From Alloascoidea hylecoeti (Eukaryota): a DNA stretch of 42,776 nt. Below the pieces are notes generated by a model. The model was not told the DNA's origin. It did not search any database and was given only the letters and a program-made list of their open reading frames with translations. The stretch covers positions 124,001 to 166,776 of the forward strand of contig BCKZ01000001.1 in NCBI GenBank assembly GCA_001600815.1, written 5' to 3'. Shown here piece by piece: positions 33,104 to 42,776 of this stretch. Position 1 is the first letter of the stretch. The number at the start of each line of letters is the position of its first letter. Both the position numbers and the translations under genes were made by a program.

Positions 33104-34180
33104 ATGAGTAACAATAATAATCATCAACTTAATAATCAGCTAAGAGAAAGGCCAATAAAAATCTTACCAAGAAACTATTCATCATGTTCAAAAGAAGATT
33201 TAATAACATTAATAAATCGATTATTAATATCTTTAATAAAAATCAATGATAGAATACCGTTACCATTAAATACAAATAATTTAACAAGATTTCATAGTCG
33301 TCGACCACCAGCAATTGATATTCATTCATATTTAACAAGGTTAACAAGATTTAGTTCATTAGAAAATGCTGTTTTATTATTAACAATTTATTATATTGAT
33401 TTATTATCATCAACTTATTCATCATTTTCACTTAATAGTTTAACAGTTCATAGATTTTTATTAATTGCAACTACTGTTGGTACAAAAGAATTATGTGATC
33501 AATTTTCAACAAATACTCATTACGCAAAAGTTGGTGGTGTTCAAGTTAATGAATTAAATATGTTAGAAATGGAATTTTTAACAAGAGTTGATTGGAGAAT
33601 TGTACCAATTTCAAATTTTCAAAAGAAATATTCAACACTTTCAAATCCAAATGATTTTATGGTTGATTTTAATCTAATTGATTCTAAATCTGATGGTGAT
33701 TTATTAGATTTATATTATAAACAAATGATTGAATTAGTTGGAGAATCTGAAGATGAAGCAAGTAGAAATTGGATATATGTAGAAGAACAAGAACAAGAGC
33801 AACATCAACTTGTCAGTGATCAAACACAAAACCAAGTACGAAATTCCCAATCTTTAAAACATTCTTCTTCCTCTAACAACGAAACAAAAATAAATAGTAA
33901 TAAGTCTTCATCATCTACAAACAATCATCATGAAACAGAAAACAAACAACAAAAGTCAAAATCAATATCAAAACAAGCACCGGATCAAGAACAACAACAA
34001 CAACATAGTCATCAACATAACCTTCACAAACATAGTCGCAAACAAATTCATACTCCAAAACAAAAGCATTATCATTCTATTAGTTTTGATAAACCTTCAC
34101 CTCAAGTATCACCTTTAAAAAGACCTGCTTCACAAACAGAATTATTTAGAAGGACTTCAAAAGGTAGAAGACCGACATGA
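33104..34180 (+). CDS. PHO80: Pho85 cyclin Pho80
   Basis: LTRFHSRRPPAIDIHSYLTRLTRFSSLE...YYIDLL...LNSLTVHRFLL...FSTNTHYAKVGGV...ELNMLEMEFLTRVDWRI closely matches Pho80. Confidence 0.9.
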   Translation: MSNNNNHQLNNQLRERPIKILPRNYSSCSKEDLITLINRLLISLIKINDRIPLPLNTNNLTRFHSRRPPAIDIHSYLTRLTRFSSLENAVLLLTIYYIDLLSSTYSSFSLNSLTVHRFLLIATTVGTKELCDQFSTNTHYAKVGGVQVNELNMLEMEFLTRVDWRIVPISNFQKKYSTLSNPNDFMVDFNLIDSKSDGDLLDLYYKQMIELVGESEDEASRNWIYVEEQEQEQHQLVSDQTQNQVRNSQSLKHSSSSNNETKINSNKSSSSTNNHHETENKQQKSKSISKQAPDQEQQQQHSHQHNLHKHSRKQIHTPKQKHYHSISFDKPSPQVSPLKRPASQTELFRRTSKGRRPT

Positions 34181-35399
34181 CATGACATAATATGACATAG
34201 CATAAACAATCAGTATATATATGAATATTCAAAAAAAGTATATTACAGAATCATATCAAGATCGTTATTAATATGCTAAGAAAGAAACCCACAAAATAAT
34301 ACAAAGAAGCTCATTGTCTTACTTAATTCGAATCCGTTAATAACGAGAGCATCATAAATCTTATATGATAAAGAAAATAAATAGTTTTTTTTTTTTTTTT
34401 ATCTTTTTTCCTAGTATCTTGTTTTATTATAAAATTCCCATAAATTTTACTTTGTTAATATTTATTTATTTATTTATATTTATTTATATTTATTTATTTA
34501 TATTTATTTATATTTATTTATTTACTATATTTAAACTTGCTTTTCAAATATAATATAGTAGTAGCTAGATGTTACAACAAAATCTGTTTCCATCAGAAAT
34601 TCGTAAAACCTTTTGAACTTAATTAAAAAATATCTCATCAAAACTTTAATCATTCTTGACCATTAGAAATTAACTTAAATATCTCGATTCACTATGGAAC
34701 TGAAACGATATCTCGTTCTTTTGGTTGGATCGCTTCAAAGAGATGCTGAAACTGGGATTTTGTAATGAAACGATTGGAACTGTAGCAAACGGAACCTACT
34801 GGGTGAAAGACAAGTTCACGTTAGTGATAAAGTAGGATTCTAATAAAAGATCACAAGAAAGTCTGATGAAGTACTTGCAATATTCCACTGTTAAGGGGAG
34901 GTTTCAGAGAAAGATTAACCCTGTGCTGTAGCTATATCGAATCAGTATTACAGGATAGCAATCTTAATCCCTTTTTTCGAAGGTGATATTTTATATTTTC
35001 TATAATTTGTCGGACGTCTAATAACATAGAATTATCGCTCTGCAATCTGTTGAGTTCTGATTTGTAATGATATTAACATCATAAACCAGAGCCGCCCAAT
35101 AGATCGCAGATGCGGAACTAAAACTTTATGCTATTAGATGTAGAAAAATATTGTCTCCCATATTTACCACCGTATAGTGGTATAAATCAACTTTGAAAAT
35201 AACTTTATAAATATTCCAATCTTGAAAATTATTCAGGAACAAGAAATTAATGCATTGGAGCAATATGAATTAAGAGTTTATTTTTAAGCCCCCCAAGTAC
35301 TAGATTTATTGAGTTTTATCGGAAAATGTTGTTATGTGATATGACCCATAGCTAGTTAAAGATATTAGATTAAATTTTATAAATAGAAGGGAGCAGGGC

Positions 35400-36170
35400 T
35401 GATTATTTTTAGGAAAAGGGAGATAGTTGAGAATAAAAGAATAAAGATTAATTTAGAAAAAGCCCATAAATTATTGTAACGATGTCCAAATCAGATAAAA
35501 GTGATAATTCTACAAATGACCCGATAGCTCTTATGGCCTAAGCTATTAGGATATATGAGTCGGGGATTTATAGTTCAAGCTTTGTCAAACATTGTTTTGT
35601 TTTGTATCGCGTGCACTCTTGGAAAAGCTAGGAGAGAAGCTAGCATTGAGAAACCGATGAAACATAAGATGGTAGATGAGTATTATATTGATATTTGTGG
35701 ACCTTTTAAGAGAAGCAAGACTGGTAACAAATATCTTTTGCTTGTTGAGGGTCTTCAACGGGCGCCTTATTTTCCTTTTTTTTAAAAAACCAAGTCAAGT
35801 TTGGAAGTTTGTGATCGCTTAAAGAGTCTAAATATATTTCTTAAGAATCAGCCAAAGATCGAAAATTGAAGAGATTGGTATCTGATAACGGCGGTGAATT
35901 TAGTTCACGTATCATTACTGATTTTTGTCAAGAACGGAATAGAGCAGATATTTAATTCTACATACACACCATAATCACAGGAGTGTAGAAAGAGAAAATC
36001 TAACTGTGATGAATCTTGTTAGAACTGTTTTAAAGGATTCTGGTAAAGGACATGATTATTGGGACGTTACAGCTAAATACGTTATTCATGTCAAAAATAT
36101 TGTTAAAGGTACATACCAGAATATGGGTTTGAACCCAAAATTCATCTAGTCACATTCATAGATTTAGTGT
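35400..36170 (+). mobile_element. Decayed Ty1/copia retrotransposon fragment (integrase)
   Basis: Across stops and frameshifts: CIACTLGK (zinc finger), IDICGPF, KYLLLV, RLVSDNGGEF, GIEQIFNSTYTP, VERENLTVMNLVRTVL and YW...YVIHVKN, i.e. a copia-type DDE integrase. No RT or LTR recognised. Confidence 0.88.
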
Positions 36171-37010
36171 TGACCCAATATGCCACTTTTTCCAACTAAT
36201 GATTCAATAACCCAAGCATTCCTACCTTGAATATTATCAACATGTGCTTTAATAACAATTTATTTTTGTAACTTGGAATGAAAAGTTTATTTTTGTAACT
36301 TGAAAAGTTTATTTGAAAAGTTGTAATTTTATTTGATAATATTGAGAAAGCACTGATAAAAATTACTTCAAATGATTTGTCATGAATCTTTATTTGTTTC
36401 GTTTAAAAAGCGTCATGCATTGTAAAACCTTTTAGTATTAATAAATACTTAATATAAGGGACATTATAAATAATAACCTTCGTTTTGGTTTTATGTCATA
36501 TCTAATCTTTGTGTAAGCTATTGATTTGTTTGAAGTTGCCATTGCTAATTTGTTTCAAAAATTTAGGACATTTATATACTAGTTAAAGGAATGTAAAAGA
36601 AATATAGATTTATGTGAAATTTTAGCTATAAAGTGATCATAATTATAAGTTATGATGAATAATGAAAATTATAGAAAAGGGATTAAATCGACGGAGTTTT
36701 AATATGACCATCTTTTTTCTATACACGATAAAATGCATGTAATAATATGCAGTACTATATGAGGAAATATCATACTATGCATATGCATATACTCAATTAT
36801 ATTTAGTAGTCATAGGTACCTGCTTTGCATGTGCTGCAGATGATTATACGAAAACGTCATCCTATTGACGAGATTGAGATTTTTCATTTATCTACCTTTT
36901 GTCGTCTTTAATATAAGAATGGAAGTGATTTTGGTGGTGTGGTTAAAAATTCCGTGAGGGGTTCTTGAAATTTATTTGTTCTTGTTCATTTGGAGTGGGA
37001 CTACAATCTC

Positions 37011-37062
37011 AAAAAATGAAAAAAATGAAAAAAAATGAAAAAAAATGAAAAAAAATAAAAAA
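37011..37062. repeat. (A6-8 TG)n low-complexity tandem repeat in the TEF1 3' flank
   Basis: aaaaaatg aaaaaaatg aaaaaaaatg... seen directly. Confidence 0.7.
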
Positions 37063-37152
37063 ACAGCCTTTACATCTTCACTAAAATCTAATAAACATAA
37101 GATAAGATCATAAAATTAAATATATATAGGGTTATATAAATAATTAAATCAT

Positions 37153-38835
37153 TTATTTCTTACCGGCTTTAGCAGCAGCTTTAGTAACTTTACCAGCCTT
37201 GTCAGATTTCTCAACAGATTTAATAACACCAACAGCGACAGTTTGTCTCATATCACGAACGGCAAAACGTCCAAGAGGTGGGTAGTCAGAGAAAGCTTCA
37301 ACACACATTGGTTTAGATGGAACCATCTTAACAATAGCAGCATCACCAGATTTGACGAATTTTGGATTATCTTCCATCTTCTTACCAGTACGACGATCAA
37401 TTTTTTCAACTAAAGTATCGAATTTACAGGCAATGTGGGCAGTATGACAATCCAAAACTGGTGCGTAACCAGCAGAGATTTGACCTGGATGGTTCAAGAC
37501 AATGACTTGAGCATTGAAAGATTCAGCACCTTTTGGTGGATCATTCTTAGCGTCACCAGCAACGTTACCACGTCTGATTTCCTTAACGGAAACATTCTTG
37601 ACATTGAAACCAACATTGTCACCTGGAACACCTTCAACTAATTGTTCGTGATGCATTTCAACGGACTTGACTTCAGTGGTGACACCGGCTGGGGCAAATG
37701 TAACGATTTGACCAGCTTTAATGACACCAGTTTCAACACGACCGACAGGCACAGTTCCAATACCACCAATCTTGTAAACATCTTGGAGTGGGAGACGTAA
37801 AGGCTTATCAGTTGGACGAGCAGGTGGTTCAATGGCATCAATGGCTTCCAATAAGGTCTTACCCTTGTAAGAACCGGTTTTGGTTTCCTTGGTCCATCCC
37901 TTGTACCATGGGCAGTTAGCAGAGGCTTCAATCATATTGTCACCGTTCCAACCTGAGATTGGGACGAATGGAACAGATTTAGGGTTGAAACCGACCTTCT
38001 TGATAAAGTTAGAGGCTTCCTTTTGGATTTCCTTGAAACGGGCTTCAGACCATTTGACAGAGTCCATCTTGTTGACGGCAATGATCAATTGTCTAACACC
38101 TAAGGTGAAAGCCAATAAAGCGTGTTCACGGGTTTGACCATCCTTAGAGATACCAGCTTCAAATTCACCAACACCACCAGCAATGATGAGGATAGCACAA
38201 TCAGCTTGAGAAGTACCAGTAATCATATTCTTGATGAAATCTCTGTGACCTGGAGCATCAATGACAGTAACGTAGTATTTTGGTGTCTCGAATTTCCATA
38301 AAGCGATATCAATGGTGATACCACGTTCACGTTCAGCCTTAAGCTTGTCAAGAACCCAAGCGTATTTGAAAGAACCTTTACCGAGTTCAGCAGCTTCCTT
38401 CTCGAACTTTTCAATGGTTCTCTTATCAATACCACCACACTTGTAGATCAAATGACCAGTGGTTGTAGATTTACCAGAATCGACGTGTCCAATGACAACG
38501 ACGTTAACATGTGTCTTTTCTTTACCCTATAAAATTTTCCAGCGTTAGAAAAGATCAAAAATATGAATGAAAATATTTTAAATATTGAATCAAATCATGA
38601 TGATTCATGATCACGATACATGAATTATTATTATCATCAATTGTAAATGTGTCATGAAAAAATTTTAATAGTAGTGGAAAATAAACTATTTAAGCCATGA
38701 TCGACCAAACAAAAATTGATCCGGCATAAAAAAGGGACGAGAAATATGATAATAATAATAAACATGGGCATTGAATCGATTGATACAACATTATTATAAA
38801 TAGATGATGATTGTTTTATCAGAATAACTTACCAT
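37153..38835 (-). CDS. TEF1: Translation elongation factor 1-alpha; exon 1 = ATG (38835-38833), intron 38832-38527, exon 2 38526-37153
   Basis: ATG|GTAAGT...TTCTAAC...TAG|GGT AAA gives [33 protein letters not shown]. Full eEF1A sequence with highly biased codons. Confidence 0.98.
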
Positions 38836-39402
38836 TGTGAATGTTTTTAACAAATAAGTTTAATAGTAAAAGAAGAAAAAAAATTTGAGCAAACACTTCC
38901 TTTAAATAGGACTGAAAAAAACTTTTTCCTTTTTTTTTTTCGCTTTGGTTCCAATTTCTTTTTTTGATCTTTGCTGTTCCACCCAAAATCAATGGAGTTT
39001 TTGGGCCAATCAGCGCCCGCTTTGGACCAGTCAGCTGTGTAAACGTGGAATTTGTAGGCGTATATCTAGGAACGAGTCACATTAACATGCAGGTGTACAG
39101 ACTCTGGCATAGACCCGCAGACAGCTGCAGGTGGCTGGAAACCATTTTTGGGTCTCAATTTTGATCAATTATGACTATTATTTGTCTGTTTTTAGCTGTT
39201 TTCAGGTTTGTGGGACACTACGTCAACTATAACTCTGCGAAGAGCCAACTGAGGGTCAAGGATGACTCAACTATGAAGTTAATTATGAGTAGTTTGGTCG
39301 CTGGAAAGTATGTTTGCCTATGCAAAGAAATGGCTTTATTATAACTCCATGTATGCAAAATCGTATTAACAAACTAAACCGATATAGTCAAATACGAGTA
39401 TC

Positions 39403-40622
39403 TTAGAAACTAGAATCACTCTCAACATCTAAACTTAAGGAATCAAGAAGATCGTTTTGTTCTTCTAATTCATTATATGAATAATTATTATTACCACTTG
39501 GATTTCTTCCGCGAACCTTCTACATTGATTATAATGTTAGTTCATCTTTTTTCATTAATCAATTAGTTGTTGTTTAAACTTATTACTAAAGCATGGATGT
39601 AATACTATAATAATAAGTTTAAAACGAAACATTCATCTTTAATTACTTACAGATGATACATTTCTTAAAAATTCAAGTGATAAAAGACGTTTTATACCTT
39701 TTAAAAATCCATAGTTTGGCATTTGACGCCAACCACGTTTATTCAAAACCATTCTTTGATAAAGTATACCACCACTGCAGTATACTAACAAAGCGGCAAA
39801 TATACTATATTTATTATTAATTGTTAGTTATTTTGTTTCGTTTCCAAACTCCATCAAAAAAAACTTAAACTTACATTATAATAACAATCCAAACCAAAGC
39901 AACATTATCTTCTTTGTGAGCAGTTGCACAAGCATAAATCGTCCTAACATCAAAATAATAATCACAATCATGCAAAACCCCAATAAATGAAACAGAAGCA
40001 GGTATCATTATATCTCTATCACAAGTAAATGATAAAATTGTTGATTTTCTTAAATTTTTACCATCTTTACCTAATCCTCTACAATATGATCCATTTTTAT
40101 ATTCAATTATTAATTTTTTACCTCTAAAAATTGGACCTGTTGATACTTTCCCAATTGAATATTTATTATCATCAATATCTGTATAATAACCACCAACTGA
40201 TTTTATATCTTCTGGTTTTATATCAGCAACGGTTTGACCTTCTTTTAAAGGACTTGAACAAATACCAAGAGAAAAATCCATTCCATAATCGTATCCTTTA
40301 GCATTCCAAACCTTCCTAAATGTTCATCAATTATATTGGTTATCAATCAATCAATCACATACCAAAATGATAATGATAATACTTACAATTTCTCTTCAAC
40401 ATCTAAAGAGGCTAAATGCCTCAAATCATAAAATCCATTAGTTATAGGTGATGTTGCAGTACAAGGTATTTCAGGTTCTTTATTATCATCATGAGTTATA
40501 TCACCATTTATTTTCCCATCTTTAACTTGTTTCGGAACAGTAGCAGCATTAACATTAATCGAATATTGTAATGATATTAGATATAATATAAATATTTTAC
40601 CTATAAATATTAAAACTTTCAT
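39403..40622 (-). CDS. MRL1: Mannose-6-phosphate receptor-like protein Mrl1; exons 40622-40387, 40315-39875, 39804-39651, 39519-39403
   Basis: Signal peptide, PCTATSPITNGFYDLR, WNAKGYDYGMDFSLGICSSP, RKSTILSFTCDRD, a TM helix, RGWRQMPNY and an acidic tail EEQNDLLDSL. Three GTAAGT...TAG introns keep the frame. Lies upstream of TEF1, as in S. cerevisiae. Confidence 0.88.
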
Positions 40623-41956
40623 ATTTAAAAAATGTATTTGATCGTTCAACAAATAATGTAAGATTTGATCTTTTATTGATAAGTTTGTTGGTTTCTAACT
40701 AAAATTAGAATATTTTTGTTGTTTCGAGATATATGAAATGAATGGAGGTATAAAAGAAATGCAGCTGTCCAGCACGTGTCAAGTGGCAGATTTCAGATTC
40801 TTAATTTAAAACGTTAAATAAAGATTATCTTGATGGCCGAAATTAAGTAGAATTACTGGATTTAAACCATCTATGCATATGCCTGTTTGTTCCAATTATA
40901 TGTTTGATTTTATCTTCATAGTTTTTTTTTATTGTTACTTTTGTGAATATATTAAAGTGCCAAGTTTCTGACTCAATACTAGTTTTGAAAGTACAAGAAT
41001 ATCTCCGCATATTAACTTTCTTTTTGGTCCCTTCCCAGTTGATTTAACTTTATTTAAGAATTTTGATAATTTATATTAAATTATATTAAAAAAAAATGCC
41101 TTCTATAATATTAACTAGTATTACCATACCATTCTTTATGAACATTTGCAAACTATTCCCCTATTATTACTAATAATATTTGAACTGGTTTGTAGTAGCA
41201 TATACCAACTAATATACGCCATCTTGTTATCAATTGGAGTACATGTCCTATTGTAAAATTTGATCCTTAATCGAAACACAAGAGTTTCAGCTAATATGAT
41301 ATAATATTTTTGGTTTTACCGGTATATGGAGTAAAGGTGCTCGAGCGCCATCATCACCTAATATTATCGCAGTGATGATCCCATTGCTATTGTTCTTCTC
41401 ATAATCAGGGAACTCTTTGACTCATTTTATAATTTTTACTTCAAAGATGGAGCTTCATTCTTATCTATGTATTGGCCTTTATTCAAAACACTAGAGTTTT
41501 AGCTAATATTATGTAATATAATATTTTTGAATTTATCGAATGGTGCAACATCTAATTTTTACAAACCTCCTTGGAATTAAAATGCAAAGGCACCATATTC
41601 AAACATTTTCTTTAAGTAACATCCATTTAAGATGAATATTGGTACAGTTACTGTTTGCTATTTAAGGTACCGGTCATAACCACATTCAAGCTCGATGTGA
41701 AGTCTAGGTATGGGATGGGGTACTAAATCCCGCAACACACATATATGAATGACCTTTAGCTTACAATGAATCCCAAGTGTAGGGGGTAAACGAGAATGAC
41801 AAATACATCTACATCTTAAGCTTATTTGTTTTTTACTTGACAGCAATACATAATATACTTGTTTATATTGGCACTTATAAATATTCCTTATACCCATTTA
41901 CAAAAGTCATAAACACTAAATTTAAATAAAATAATAATAAAAAAATACAGTTAAAT

Positions 41957-42370
<414 letters not shown>

Positions 42371-42482
42371 TTATTAATGTAGGAGGGGAAAAGAAGAAAA
42401 TTAAAAAAGTGGGATCACCCATCTTTATAAGAAAATTTAGGAAAAATAAAAAAGTTTTGTGTGTTCGTCATACTTTAAGTTG

Positions 42483-42644
42483 ATTGGCTGATGGATTCTT
42501 TACAAATTGGGCCTTGTAAACAGACACTAAATTTTGCACAATTACGTTGCGCGTTAACTATGGTAGGAAGTTTCACATTCCTGATAAGATACACCCACAC
42601 ACCAAAATAGAACATGTCATGATGTAATTAACTACCACACGCGT
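42483..42644. promoter_or_regulatory. Histone promoter: CCAAT boxes and MCB-like elements
   Basis: ATTGG near 42483 and 42507; GCGCGT at 42549-42554; ACGCGT at 42639-42644. Confidence 0.45.
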
Positions 42645-42776
42645 AATATTCATCACAATATATATTCCTTTAAAAGCTACTTGTCAGGTTCTCAGGTATC
42701 AATTGTAACTTAAAGTATAGCTACCCGGCTATGAAAGCCTATATAAATAGTAAGTAGTTTCCTCTTTTTATAAGAT

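Noticed and set aside
34365..34553. Phe/Ile/Tyr-rich ORFs here and at 16576-16860
   Set aside because: Translations of T-rich low-complexity repeats.

Overview
Very AT-rich eukaryotic DNA, most likely from a budding yeast (Saccharomycotina), with short GTAAG(T)...TAG spliceosomal introns. Protein genes in order: PUF6 (5'-truncated), CWC15, NBP2, a hotdog-fold thioesterase, a frameshifted and internally deleted copy of that thioesterase, ACL4, GIR2 (1 intron), ENT5-like (1 intron), an unknown LRR-like protein, a rhodanese-PTP phosphatase (Ptp2/3 type), an LCCL membrane protein, CWC25, PHO80, TEF1 (intron after the ATG), MRL1 (3 introns) and histone H3. Non-routine structure: (1) a ~4.8 kb block sits between NBP2 and ACL4, which are direct neighbours in S. 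cerevisiae; it holds the thioesterase pair flanking a large foldback with a perfect 102-bp inverted core; (2) a sharp GC-rich island forms the 5' ~500 bp of the otherwise extremely AT-rich PTP gene; (3) an 8.7 kb gene desert lies upstream of PTP; (4) a decayed Ty1/copia integrase lies between PHO80 and TEF1. No tRNA, rRNA or CRISPR array was recognised. Gene names come from recalled motif similarity and synteny, not database searches.
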